Shown piece after piece: positions 1 through 10,152 of a stretch of DNA of 64,000 bases. Source of the stretch: a bacterium (GTDB taxonomy: Bacteria; Zhuqueibacterota; Zhuqueibacteria; Residuimicrobiales; Krinioviventaceae). A program made the position numbers and the translations under genes. Numbering within the stretch: position 1 is the stretch's first letter; each line of letters starts with the position of its first letter. The notes below the pieces were generated by a model. It did not search any database, was not told the DNA's origin, and saw only the letters and a program-made list of their open reading frames with translations. The DNA lies in the NCBI GenBank assembly GCA_963674595.2, contig CAXXFV010000017.1, forward strand, positions 98,364 through 162,363, in the 5' to 3' direction.

Positions 1-114
1 AGGGTTGGTTTAAAAACAAAAAGCAGGACAATCTTTTACAACAGTCAGATAGAATCACGGTTGTTAGAGTATGAGCTGTACACGGGGACGAAAAAAATCT
101 ATAACGATGAATAA
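1..114 (+). CDS. 3' end of THUMP-domain SAM-dependent RNA methyltransferase (RlmL/YpsC-like), partial
   Basis: Frame 1 reads RVGLKTKSRTIFYNSQIESRLLEYELYTGTKKIYNDE*, resembling the GLK..R..FYN..IE.RL..YE.Y C-terminus of this family; not in the ORF track because it is truncated by the window. Confidence 0.7.
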   Translation, partial: RVGLKTKSRTIFYNSQIESRLLEYELYTGTKKIYNDE

Positions 115-144
115 AAAAAGGCAGGAAACTTTCCTGCCTTTTTT
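114..144. terminator. Bidirectional intrinsic terminator
   Basis: AAAAAAGGCAGGAAA-C-TTTCCTGCCTTTTTT perfect inverted repeat between convergent genes. Confidence 0.85.
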
Positions 145-151
145 GTAATAA

Positions 152-2032
152 TTATTTTTTGTCTAATATCTTTTCTATTTCATCCATTGTTCTGTTCATG
201 GCGGCCATTGTTTTTTCAAACGGATCTGACGTTGTCATGTCAACACCGGCAGCTTTTAACAGTTCAATCGGATAATCCGAACCGCCTGCCGACAGGAATG
301 TTATATATCGTTCCATAATTCCTTTTTCATGATTCATAACTTTTTCAGCAAGGGCCGTAGATGCGGCAAAAGAGGTCGCATATTGATAAACATAATAATT
401 GTAATAAAAATGGGGGATATAGGCCCATTCAATTGAATACAAATCATCAATAATACAAATACCCTGATCATGACCGTAATAGCGTTTAACAATGTCACCG
501 TAAAGTTTTGTCAATGCTTCACCGGTAATGGGTTCGCCTTTTTCAACCATTTCATGGATCCGCAGTTCAAACTCTGCAAACTGGGTCTGACGGAATACCG
601 TGCCTTTGATGCGATCCAGATAATTCATTAACAGAGAAAGACGTACATTATCATCTTTGATTTTTCCCAACTGATTGTTGATGAGCAGGGTTTCATTAAA
701 TGTTGACGCAACTTCGGCAACAAAAATCGGGTAATCTGCCAACGGATAGGGTTGGGCTTTGTTGGAAAGATAACTCTGCATGGCATGACCCAGTTCATGG
801 GCCAGCGTGCTTACGTTTTCATATTGATCGTTATAGTTCAATAAAACATAGGGATGGACGTCATAAGCGCTGCCGCTCATATAAGCGCCGGAGCGTTTAC
901 CCGCGTTCGGATACACATCGATCCAGCGGTCTTTGATGCCCTTGGCAACAACCGAAACATAATCATCGCCCAACGGTCCAAAGGCTTCCAGGACCATTTC
1001 ATAAGCCTGTTCAATAGAATATTTCAAATCCACATCTTTAACTACTGGCGCATATACATCGGAATATTTGAGTGTATCAAGACCCATCATGCGTTGTTTG
1101 ATTTTTAAATATCTGTGAAAAGAACCCAGGTTGTCGTTCACGTTTTTAACCAGCGCATAATATACGTCAACCGGGATATTGTTGGCATCAAGAGCTGTTT
1201 CCAGACAGGTTTTATAGCCGCGTGCACGGGTGTAAAACAGGTCTTTTTTTACGTTGGCGGCAAGCTGGGCGCCGATGGTGTTTTCAAATCCGGCCAGGGT
1301 ACTGAAAAATGTATTAAATACCAGCTCCCGGTCCGCACGATTCGGAAGGGCCCTGTAATTGGCGTATCCGGCATTATCAATCCGGACCTCTTTACCGTCA
1401 CTCAACGTAATGGTTTTATATGGCAGTTCGGCATTTGCAAAAATACTGTAAATGGTATAGGGTGAGTTGGCCATAAGGCCCGCTTCTGCCATGATTCTTT
1501 CTTCTTTTTCAGACAAGGTATGCTCTTTACGTCGCTGAAGGTCTTTTAAATAAAAACTATAGTCGGCAAGGCCCTTTTCCTGGCTGATAAATTTATCGAT
1601 TGTTTCGGAGGGAATGGCTAAAATTTCCGGTTCGATAAAAGCTGCTTTTGAAGAAAATTGTGTACCAAGCTGCTCAAGTTCCTGTTTCATACCAAGATAT
1701 TTAGAAACACGGGTATCCTGATCAAACTTCATGGAAGAATAACTTCGCAATCTGGAGTATTCTTTGCCAATTTCACTGCTGAGTGCAAGACATTTATAAA
1801 GCGTCTGCGCTGAAGAGCCGAGTTTGCCTTTAAAAGCATCAATTTGTTCGAATTCTTTTGTCAGGTTTTCTTTTGCACTTTTCCAGGCATCGTCTGATTC
1901 ATATAAATCTTTTAAATTCCAGGTATACTGTTCCGGAATTTCACTTCGTTCTTTTGATTGTCCACTTCCTGCATTGGGGTTTAAAAATAAAATTGAACTA
2001 GTCAGCATAATAGCCCCTATCAGTTTGTTCAT
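152..2032 (-). CDS. pepF: Oligoendopeptidase F (M3B) with N-terminal signal peptide
   Basis: RSEIPEQYTWNL.DLY start, GKRSGAY, TLAHELGHAM zinc motif, HFYYNYYVYQYATS. Confidence 0.92.
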   Translation of the reverse strand: MNKLIGAIMLTSSILFLNPNAGSGQSKERSEIPEQYTWNLKDLYESDDAWKSAKENLTKEFEQIDAFKGKLGSSAQTLYKCLALSSEIGKEYSRLRSYSSMKFDQDTRVSKYLGMKQELEQLGTQFSSKAAFIEPEILAIPSETIDKFISQEKGLADYSFYLKDLQRRKEHTLSEKEERIMAEAGLMANSPYTIYSIFANAELPYKTITLSDGKEVRIDNAGYANYRALPNRADRELVFNTFFSTLAGFENTIGAQLAANVKKDLFYTRARGYKTCLETALDANNIPVDVYYALVKNVNDNLGSFHRYLKIKQRMMGLDTLKYSDVYAPVVKDVDLKYSIEQAYEMVLEAFGPLGDDYVSVVAKGIKDRWIDVYPNAGKRSGAYMSGSAYDVHPYVLLNYNDQYENVSTLAHELGHAMQSYLSNKAQPYPLADYPIFVAEVASTFNETLLINNQLGKIKDDNVRLSLLMNYLDRIKGTVFRQTQFAEFELRIHEMVEKGEPITGEALTKLYGDIVKRYYGHDQGICIIDDLYSIEWAYIPHFYYNYYVYQYATSFAASTALAEKVMNHEKGIMERYITFLSAGGSDYPIELLKAAGVDMTTSDPFEKTMAAMNRTMDEIEKILDKK

Positions 2033-2059
2033 AATTCACCTCTGGTTTAATAAAAGCAT

Positions 2060-3727
2060 TTATTTTATTGACATTAATTCATTTACTACCGGAAACGAGG
2101 GTCGAATATCAATCGGCACATGTTTCAAATCATCGACACATTTTTGCATAAGCGGAGACATGACCTTGTATTTGTCAACAAATGCTTTTGCAGCTTTGTA
2201 ATCTCCCAATGCTTCGATCATTAATACATCTTTTGACAGGGCTTTTACACCATCTTCAATTTTTGAAACATCAACATCCAGTTTACCATTTTCATCGGTT
2301 ATAAATGCGCCTTTTTCAAAAAGGTAATTCCACTGAATGGCTACGCCGCCGCCGTGTGCTTCTTCAATGCCAAAGCGGATGGATCGAAGCATACCGCCCA
2401 AATAGCTGGCGTATACTGAATATTCCATATCACGCGGGAAAACGCCTTTATCAATCATAAACTTCATGTTGTAAACACCCAAAATATCGGCTTTACACTC
2501 TTCAATTGTTGAATAAAGCTCTTTAAGTTCTTTTTGTACTGTTGTTTCAGTGCCGTTAATTTTGATAATGCCGGGTCCGATGCCGTGGCTCATTTCGTGC
2601 ATTAAAACGTGGTTAAAGTAGGCATCAAAGGACACATTTTTTAACGGTTTTTCCGCCAATACTGTTTGCACAATCGGAATCCAGCATTTATCGTATTTGG
2701 CTTTGGCAATGTTTTTCAACATTACTTTTTTTGAACCTTTGGCTTCACGAACACGTTCGTCGTTTGGTAAATTAAAAGCTGTTGTCTGAATGCCTGCTTT
2801 GGTATCGCCGGCAGAATAAACCTCGGTAACCACTTTGACAGGAGAAGAAGACCCTCTGTTAAAGTTTTTATATTTATTGGGAATCGGTAAATGGTGTTCC
2901 ATATCATTCAGATATTTGGAAACAACAGCAAGTTTTTCACTTTCTTCATGGTCCACAACACAGATAAAGCTTTCATAAGCGGCTTTATAGTTGAAAAGAT
3001 TGTCTTCGTATACTTCATAGGGACCGACAACAACTTCAAGATTACCGGCAAGGTCCATCCAGGCCATGTCGCTTTCAAAATAGTCGTCTGTTAAAAAGTC
3101 TCTCGCGCGGAGTTTCAGGAATTTTTCCAGGGTTGGGTCATCTGTTAAAGCAGCCGCTTCCTCAAGCAGAACGCTGATTTTTTGAACATAGTCGGCATAA
3201 ACCTGATGATAGGGGACGGCTTTGAGTTGTCCGTTTTCTCTTTTAATGACGGTAAATGTATTGGCAAAGTCATTTTCCAACTCTGGTGACGCAGCAATTG
3301 CCTGATGAAATTCCTCTTTGGTCATATCCTCAGGATAGAACCCGGCGCCTTTGGGTTTTGCTTTTGTGCCCAGAAAGGGATGTTCTTCTTCCAGTCTGTT
3401 CCAGGGTCCGAACATAACGGTAAAAAGATCAAGGTAGGGTTTGTCTTTGGGACTTGATTCCAGTGTTTTTAACCAATGTGGATTTTCAGTGTCTACCTGA
3501 ATTAAAAAAAGCTCGTCTATAATTTTTCCTGCTTGAACGAGCTTTGATAAAACTTTTTTGTCTGAATCAGATAGATTTGATAAATCGCACTCCAGTTCGA
3601 CCGGTGCCAGTTTGTCCAGTTGTGCGTTTACATATTCGACACTTTCTTTTTGACAATTTTGTTGTCCGCAACCAAAAATCATAAAAAAGGTCATGAGTAA
3701 CACTCCCGGAAGAAATGATTTTAACAT
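2060..3727 (-). CDS. Peptidase M49 / DPP-III-like zinc peptidase, probable lipoprotein
   Basis: HEMSHG and EECKAD motifs, AFNLPNDE, GPYEVYED; lipobox-like IFGC; start moved to ATG 3727 behind GAAAGGAG. Confidence 0.8.
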   Translation of the reverse strand: MLKSFLPGVLLMTFFMIFGCGQQNCQKESVEYVNAQLDKLAPVELECDLSNLSDSDKKVLSKLVQAGKIIDELFLIQVDTENPHWLKTLESSPKDKPYLDLFTVMFGPWNRLEEEHPFLGTKAKPKGAGFYPEDMTKEEFHQAIAASPELENDFANTFTVIKRENGQLKAVPYHQVYADYVQKISVLLEEAAALTDDPTLEKFLKLRARDFLTDDYFESDMAWMDLAGNLEVVVGPYEVYEDNLFNYKAAYESFICVVDHEESEKLAVVSKYLNDMEHHLPIPNKYKNFNRGSSSPVKVVTEVYSAGDTKAGIQTTAFNLPNDERVREAKGSKKVMLKNIAKAKYDKCWIPIVQTVLAEKPLKNVSFDAYFNHVLMHEMSHGIGPGIIKINGTETTVQKELKELYSTIEECKADILGVYNMKFMIDKGVFPRDMEYSVYASYLGGMLRSIRFGIEEAHGGGVAIQWNYLFEKGAFITDENGKLDVDVSKIEDGVKALSKDVLMIEALGDYKAAKAFVDKYKVMSPLMQKCVDDLKHVPIDIRPSFPVVNELMSIK

Positions 3728-3840
3728 GTATGCTCCTTTCATTGCTGGTATATTTTTAACCAATAAATATATAGTATTTCTAAAAAAAAACCAACAAGTT
3801 TTCCTGAAATAAAAATCCCAATAATTTAAAAATAGTAGTT

Positions 3841-6021
3841 TTAGTAGGAGGCTGTTAACGTGACATAATAATGCCGGATGGGCTCCAATGTCCGTTCCAT
3901 CTGTGTGTAATAATCGTTGAAAATATTGTTTACATTAAAACCAAGACTGTAATTTCCCCTGGTCAGTTGGACACTGGCATTGACCACTTTTTGAGGAACA
4001 CGATCATCAGCCGGATAAACTTTGACGTTCTCGATTTTTGAAATGTATCTGTAATTACACCCGATTTGCATAAAGCCAATATGATAAAGGCCTGAAATAT
4101 TGAAAATATGATTTGGGCGGTATGCCAGGGTTATGTTCTTATCCAGGTCCTGGGGGTCCATATAGGTGTAGCCTATATCCACAGTTACATTTGAGTAAAA
4201 CGGAACGATCTTGAGAATAGTTTCAACGCCGGTAATTCTGGCACGTGTAATATTGATAAACTGCACGGTTTGTGTTTCATCCGGTTCCGGTTCGATAAGG
4301 TCCCAATAATCATTTCTAAATACGGCGGCGTCTAAATAAAACAGGGGAGAGGGAACAATGGAAAAACCGGCTTCGTGTGACCAGGCTGTTTCGGATTTCA
4401 GGTTTTCATTGGGCACCAGCCGCAATCCTGAATAAATAGAATCGGCAAACCGTTCCGACATACTGGCGGCCCGAAAACCTCTGCCCGTTGATGCCCGGAA
4501 TGTAACGCCCTGATTCAGGTGATACACCAAACCAAACTTGGGGTTCCATTGTGAGTCTTTAAAACCGGTATCAACATTGTGATAATCATATCGCAGACCG
4601 ATGGTTGTGGTCATGTTTTTGAAAAGCTGTTGCTCATTCTGAAGAAAAAAGGCCAGCACATGCTGATCGTGATCGCCGACAAGGCCGGATGCAACATGAT
4701 CAAGCGTTTCTTCCGTGCCCATGGTCAGAGAATGATTTTGTGAAATTTGCACATCTGCCTGCACCTCTAATCCGTAACGTTGTGCCGTAGAGGCCGTTAT
4801 ATTGTCATGAAAAAAGTTTTTCCAGTAATTTCTAAAATAAGAGACCCGGGTTTTCAAACGAAAGGATTTTGAAGCAATTAAATTATGAAAGGCATTGACA
4901 TTCAATTTATTTGAATCAACATAGTCACCCAGGGCCACCGGGTCAACTTCCAAAGCATTCCGCTGACTCCGCCAGAGCAGGGCCGATCCCCTGTATCCGC
5001 CTTCGTAATTGGATGAAATGGTAAAATTTTGCTGTCCGTTAATCTGGTATTTCCATTTCATGGAACCGTTAAATCGCAAATAATGTCCGCTTTGACTGTA
5101 ACCCGTGGACTGGCGCCTGCCGAAACTCATAAACAAACCTGACTTGCCCAGTTGTCTGGTATGGTCAACATCCAGGTTTTCGAAATGAAGCGTCCGGTCC
5201 GTCCATTGCCACTCTTTATATCCCGGTTTTGCGTACATACCAACGGAATAGCGAACATTTGTTTTCGGCGGCCCTTCGGCACTTTTGGTAATAACATTAA
5301 CAGCCCCGCCAAATGCACTGGTTCCGTACAAAGCTGAACCGGCGCCTTTGATAATTTCAATTCGTTCGATCTGGGAGGCCGGTATAATGTCCCATTTAAT
5401 ATCGCCGCTGTCTCCCGGCATCACCGGAACACCGTCGATCAATAAAAGCACCCGGCTTCCGGCGCCGTAACTGAACCCTGAAGATCCGCGAATATTTATC
5501 TGCGACCCGACAAAATTAACTCCGGAAGCGTGTTCCAGTAAATTGTCCAGGTAAATTTCATTCTTTTCTCTAAAATCCAGGGAGGTCATTACCCCGATGC
5601 TGGTGGGGGAGTCCTGAATGCTTTGTCTGCGTTTGTTGGCTGTAATGACCAGTTCCGGTGTTTCAAGAATGGTCGGCTGCAAACGAATATCAAATTGTTG
5701 ACTGTCTGTCCTGTTTATATTAATCTGCTTGTCAACTTTTTTATAACCCATCATGGTGAAACGTACATTATATTCTCCAAAGGGAATGTTGGGCAGATAA
5801 AAATTTCCGTTTTTATCGGTCGTTGTTCCTAACACTGTTCCTAATAAAGAAATGTTTACAGCCGGCAACGGCTCATTATTTTTAGAATCGTTAACAGTGC
5901 CTTTAATAATTCCTGTTTGTGGTAATACTTTACCTGCATAAATAAATATGACCACAAACAACATTATTTGCAGGATTTTATAAGAAATATTTTTTGAATA
6001 ACATGTACGTGTCATAATCAT
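3841..6021 (-). CDS. TonB-dependent receptor with N-terminal carboxypeptidase-regulatory-like domain
   Basis: Plug motifs INIRG, LLIDGVP, IERIEIIKGAGSALYG; NNIFN near C-terminus; terminal Y. Confidence 0.92.
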   Translation of the reverse strand: MIMTRTCYSKNISYKILQIMLFVVIFIYAGKVLPQTGIIKGTVNDSKNNEPLPAVNISLLGTVLGTTTDKNGNFYLPNIPFGEYNVRFTMMGYKKVDKQININRTDSQQFDIRLQPTILETPELVITANKRRQSIQDSPTSIGVMTSLDFREKNEIYLDNLLEHASGVNFVGSQINIRGSSGFSYGAGSRVLLLIDGVPVMPGDSGDIKWDIIPASQIERIEIIKGAGSALYGTSAFGGAVNVITKSAEGPPKTNVRYSVGMYAKPGYKEWQWTDRTLHFENLDVDHTRQLGKSGLFMSFGRRQSTGYSQSGHYLRFNGSMKWKYQINGQQNFTISSNYEGGYRGSALLWRSQRNALEVDPVALGDYVDSNKLNVNAFHNLIASKSFRLKTRVSYFRNYWKNFFHDNITASTAQRYGLEVQADVQISQNHSLTMGTEETLDHVASGLVGDHDQHVLAFFLQNEQQLFKNMTTTIGLRYDYHNVDTGFKDSQWNPKFGLVYHLNQGVTFRASTGRGFRAASMSERFADSIYSGLRLVPNENLKSETAWSHEAGFSIVPSPLFYLDAAVFRNDYWDLIEPEPDETQTVQFINITRARITGVETILKIVPFYSNVTVDIGYTYMDPQDLDKNITLAYRPNHIFNISGLYHIGFMQIGCNYRYISKIENVKVYPADDRVPQKVVNASVQLTRGNYSLGFNVNNIFNDYYTQMERTLEPIRHYYVTLTASY

Positions 6022-6803
6022 AACGAATTGGTTGATTCAAAATCGAGCGTAATATTTACGTCATTAACTTTTGTAGAATCAGATTTTAATGTTACAAAAC
6101 CCGGGTATATGCCCTTGATGCTGTTAAGACTGATGGGCTGGTCTTTTTCCAAAACAAGCGCAGCCATAATATATGTGCCGGGTTTAAGTGTTAGCGAATA
6201 ATCCACCGAATCAAACGGCGCTGAAATCGGCATGCTGAAATTCAGATCGACAAGTGTCATTTTGTAAAAAACTTTGGACTCTACACCCACAACAATAACA
6301 GACTCTGCCATAGGCGGCCATTCACCCTTTGTGTTCAACATACCGGAAACCAAGCTCTCGACTTTTGGTTTGGATTTGCTCAAATCTGCTTCGATGTCTA
6401 TGTCAGGGACCATTGTCTGTCGATCCGGAACGATTACTGACCCCGGATTTAGTTTGTCTTCCGTTGGGAAATAGATACCAATGATATTTGTTACGTCCCA
6501 GGGCTGGTCTTTTTCTTTCCAGACAACACCCACAGCGCTGAATTCCTGCGGCGGCGTCCATATATAATATTTTGCGGAATCAACTTCAAGGGGCAGGGGT
6601 TCGCCCATTACAATTTCAGAAATATCTGTTGGGGGGAATTTTTTGGCGGCAACTACAATAACCTGGTCCGTATTGTCAGGCCATTCACTGGAAAAATAAA
6701 TGGTCCCTTCAAAGCCGCTCCGAGTCGGTTCCAGACCCTGGTCAAATTTACAGGAGAGAAAAATTGCAAGTGTTAAAGAGATTATAAGCGTATGTTTTAG
6801 CAT
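6018..6803 (-). CDS. Hypothetical lipoprotein, translationally coupled to the TBDR
   Basis: MLKH...IFLSC lipobox; two internal repeats (G.I...EWP...VIVV); stop overlaps TBDR start (ATGA). Confidence 0.7.
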   Translation of the reverse strand: MLKHTLIISLTLAIFLSCKFDQGLEPTRSGFEGTIYFSSEWPDNTDQVIVVAAKKFPPTDISEIVMGEPLPLEVDSAKYYIWTPPQEFSAVGVVWKEKDQPWDVTNIIGIYFPTEDKLNPGSVIVPDRQTMVPDIDIEADLSKSKPKVESLVSGMLNTKGEWPPMAESVIVVGVESKVFYKMTLVDLNFSMPISAPFDSVDYSLTLKPGTYIMAALVLEKDQPISLNSIKGIYPGFVTLKSDSTKVNDVNITLDFESTNSL

Positions 6804-6885
6804 TTTTGTCGGTTTATCTTGATTAAAAAAAAATAGGTCTTGCAAAGCTTGCAAGACCTAAATATACAAAAAATATTTTAATTTT

Positions 6886-8415
6886 TTATTTTTTTCCAAA
6901 AGAATAATCCAGACCGAACATGAAAATGTTGATTCCCATGTTATAGTCACCGGCCATGTTGTCATAGGCTTTTCCATCAGCGGCAAGTTCCCATTTTTCA
7001 GCCGTATTATCGGCGACAAAGATTTTTTCATAACTGGCATGAAGTTTCATCGGACCGATCGGCAGTTCAAAACCTACAATGCCGACATGTCTTCTGGAAA
7101 TATCCGGAATTGTCGGGGTCATTGTTGTTTCATCACCGGCTCTTGGTTCTGTGTAATAACCACCGCGTAGCGTCAGTTTGGATAGATAATACTCGGCGCC
7201 TATACCAAAGCGAATGCCGTCTTCCCAGTTTTCAACCAGTTCACTGAATGATTCACCTGTTGCATTATCCTGAATATCAATAACGTCCCAGGATGACCAT
7301 TGTGTCATTGAAACATCGGCTGTCAACAACAGATTGTTTATACCGGTGTAAGCAATACCCAAACCAAAAGTGGCAGGTAAAGGCAAGTCTGCTTTAATTT
7401 TTTCAGGTACAGGGCGGTCAACTGCAACGCCGGAATAGTAATTAAGCAGTGCATTATATGAATCAGCATCGATTATTTTATTTGATAACAAATAATCATA
7501 AATGGGCTTTAAATTTTGAACTGTTTGATGCGCTGTTAAATTTGTGGCCATATATGTTTTGGCTGTCACAGTACCTTCCAGAGGAATGTCGTTGTAGATT
7601 TGGCCTGAAATACCGATACTGAGATTTTCGGTAGGTTTGTACATGATACCAAAATTGAAACCAAAACCTGTTCCGTCACCATCCAGAACCGTATCTGTCA
7701 AAAGGTGATCATAGGGAGAATTTTTAACACCCATCGCGCCCAGTCCGTTTAAAACGGATGTAACTGCATCAGCATAAGGGGTGGTCAGTAAATAATTCCA
7801 TAAATCCTGCTGATATATATATGGATTTGGTGTAAAGTTTGGTTTTTGTATCATAATGTCGGCCATTATAATGCTGGCGCCGACACCGATAGATAATTTA
7901 TCACTAAATTTATAAGCAATTGTAGGATGTATGTCAATGATCTGCAGATCATCATCATAATCAAATTCAGGATAGGCACTGTTATAAGTGCTGGTGTTTA
8001 AAATATCCCATTTAGCTCCCAATCCAAAAGGGGCCCAAACACCGAGTCCTGCTGCAAATTTACCGTTACTGTAGCAAATACCGCCTGAAGGCACGATAAA
8101 AGTTTTGGGTTCGTTTTCAACTTCACTTGTTGATGTTGCACTAAATTGTTGTCCGGCCAGACTTGGTGCTGATGTATAGCCAACGCCAACTTTAATAAAC
8201 TCATTAGAAAAACCGGCTGTCAGACCATTTGAAAAAACAATCCCGGCCGGGTTCCAGTACATACCGCTCCATTCGTTTGATAACGCGCGATAATTGCCAC
8301 CCAAAGCCTGCGCACGAGCCCCAATTCCTGTTAAAGCAACACCTGCACCGAAAACTGTCGTAAAAATTCCAAAGACAAGCATGGTTACAAGAGTAAGTTT
8401 AGCAGCTTTTTTCAT
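6886..8415 (-). CDS. OmpP1/FadL/TodX-family outer-membrane transporter for hydrophobic compounds
   Basis: Signal peptide, GARAQALGG...MYWNPAG, APFGLG..W, LTQWS.W-like segment, PTIPD. Confidence 0.85.
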   Translation of the reverse strand: MKKAAKLTLVTMLVFGIFTTVFGAGVALTGIGARAQALGGNYRALSNEWSGMYWNPAGIVFSNGLTAGFSNEFIKVGVGYTSAPSLAGQQFSATSTSEVENEPKTFIVPSGGICYSNGKFAAGLGVWAPFGLGAKWDILNTSTYNSAYPEFDYDDDLQIIDIHPTIAYKFSDKLSIGVGASIIMADIMIQKPNFTPNPYIYQQDLWNYLLTTPYADAVTSVLNGLGAMGVKNSPYDHLLTDTVLDGDGTGFGFNFGIMYKPTENLSIGISGQIYNDIPLEGTVTAKTYMATNLTAHQTVQNLKPIYDYLLSNKIIDADSYNALLNYYSGVAVDRPVPEKIKADLPLPATFGLGIAYTGINNLLLTADVSMTQWSSWDVIDIQDNATGESFSELVENWEDGIRFGIGAEYYLSKLTLRGGYYTEPRAGDETTMTPTIPDISRRHVGIVGFELPIGPMKLHASYEKIFVADNTAEKWELAADGKAYDNMAGDYNMGINIFMFGLDYSFGKK

Positions 8416-8435
8416 TCTACCTCCAAATTGGTTTT

Positions 8436-8564
8436 TGATGTTTATTCATTTCCAACATAAAATGAATGCTTTTCATTAAATCATTTTACACAAAAATATT
8501 ACGATTGTCAATATAAAATTTGAAAATGATTCATTTTTTTACTATATTAAATGAATCAATTTCA
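8436..8564. promoter_or_regulatory. Four palindromic operator sites (TGAAW-N3-WTTCA) in the fadL/tetR divergent promoter region
   Basis: TGATGTTTATTCA 8436-8448 (degenerate), TGAATGCTTTTCA 8463-8475, TGAAAATGATTCA 8521-8533, TGAATCAATTTCA 8552-8564. Confidence 0.7.
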
Positions 8565-8670
8565 TTTTTTTAGGATTTTAAATTGATTTGATTTTTTTTA
8601 TTTTGTTGTTATATTTAAAGGTTTTGAACTCTGTATTTTGGAGAATAATTTTTAATCGGAAGGGATAGGA

Positions 8671-9246
8671 ATGGATCCTTCGAAACGTGTGCGGTTGATT
8701 AAAGCGGCAATTAAAGTCTTTGCAAGGGACGGTTTTTTTAAGGCCCGTGTTGAAGAAATTGCCAAAGTTGCGGGCGTTGCTACCGGAACAACTTATTTAT
8801 ATTTTGAGAATAAAGATGATTTGCTCATTTCCATTTTTGAAGACGAAATGGTGCCCATTATTGATTCCATGAAAAATGCGGTCAAAGCCGGTGAAACAGC
8901 AAAAGAGAAACTCAATATTTTTATAGAAAATCATTTGAAAATGGTTGAAGAACAGCCGGATATGGCCCAACTTCTTGAAGTTGAATTACGTCAAAGTAAC
9001 AAATTTTTGCACTCTTATTCCGGGACCCGGTTTAAAGAATATTTGAGTGTTATTTCCGTTATTTTTGAAGAAGGCCAGCAAAACGGTGAGTTTAGAAATG
9101 ACATTCATCCGGTTATTTTTAAACAGATATTTTTTGGCGCCATTGATCAGATTTCTATGAACTGGACATTGTCCAAATCTAAAAAATACAAAATAAATTT
9201 ACTGGGAGAACAACTGGCAAAAGTTATCCTGGACGGTATTTCTTAG
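8671..9246 (+). CDS. TetR-family regulator, FadR(YsiA)-like
   Basis: HTH IAKVAGVATGTTYLYFENKDDLL; ELRQS motif; adjacent to etfBA and fadL. Confidence 0.88.
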   Translation: MDPSKRVRLIKAAIKVFARDGFFKARVEEIAKVAGVATGTTYLYFENKDDLLISIFEDEMVPIIDSMKNAVKAGETAKEKLNIFIENHLKMVEEQPDMAQLLEVELRQSNKFLHSYSGTRFKEYLSVISVIFEEGQQNGEFRNDIHPVIFKQIFFGAIDQISMNWTLSKSKKYKINLLGEQLAKVILDGIS

Positions 9247-9276
9247 TTCTTTGCCTTATCATCAATAAAATTACAT

Positions 9277-9289
9277 TGAATTTAATTCA
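9277..9289. promoter_or_regulatory. Fifth operator copy, upstream of etfB
   Basis: TGAATTTAATTCA, perfect match to the motif at 8436-8564. Confidence 0.7.
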
Positions 9290-9372
9290 TTATGTTTCTA
9301 TATTGACGTTGACCGGCATTCAGTACGACCGGTTTTTTTTTGACAATTGAAGAAAAGTTTGGAGGATAAAAC

Positions 9373-10122
9373 GTGAAAATTATTGTTTGCCTGAAACAGG
9401 TTCCGGATACGGAAGCAAGTATAAAAATCGGAGCTGACCAGACATCAATCGCAGAGGAATCCATTAAGTTTGTTATGAACCCCTATGATGAATTTGCTGT
9501 TGAAGAAGCAATTAAAATGAAAGAGGCAGGAAAGGCAGAGTCCATTACCGCCATTTCCATCGGCCCTGACCGTGCAAAAGAAGCTTTGAAAAGTGCCCTG
9601 GCAATGGGTGTGGACGAAGCGCTGCTTTTAAAAACCGATAATAAAGGCATTGACAGCCTGGCCGTTGCCAAAGCTTTGTCTCAAAAGATAAAAGAAATTG
9701 GATTTGATTTTATATTAATGGGCAAGGAAGCCATTGACGATGGCAATTCCCAAACCGGCCCTATGCTGGCAGAATTGCTGGATATCCCTTGTATAACAAC
9801 TGTTACAAAATTGGACGTCTCTGATAAAGTTGTTGCGGAAAGAGAAGTAGAAGGCGGTGTTCAGGTTTTGGAAACAAGTCTGCCATGTATAATTACATGT
9901 CAAAAAGGACTAAATGAACCCAGATACCCGTCTATTCGTGGCGTTATGATGGCAAAGAAAAAACAAATTCCGGAAGAAAACATAGAATCAGGAGATTCTG
10001 TCGTTAATGTTATTTCCTTTACCTATCCTCCGGCAAGGTCCGGCGGCAAACTTGTTGGTGAAGGCGCTGACGCTGTTCCCGAACTCGTCCGGTTGTTACG
10101 TGAAGAAGCCAAAGTCATCTAA
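9373..10122 (+). CDS. etfB: Electron transfer flavoprotein beta subunit
   Basis: VCLKQVPDT, NPYDEFAVEEA, GKEAIDD, NEPRYPS; RBS GGAGG. Confidence 0.95.
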   Translation: MKIIVCLKQVPDTEASIKIGADQTSIAEESIKFVMNPYDEFAVEEAIKMKEAGKAESITAISIGPDRAKEALKSALAMGVDEALLLKTDNKGIDSLAVAKALSQKIKEIGFDFILMGKEAIDDGNSQTGPMLAELLDIPCITTVTKLDVSDKVVAEREVEGGVQVLETSLPCIITCQKGLNEPRYPSIRGVMMAKKKQIPEENIESGDSVVNVISFTYPPARSGGKLVGEGADAVPELVRLLREEAKVI

Positions 10123-10152
10123 TAAAATGAATAGTATTGGAGGTTATAATAA

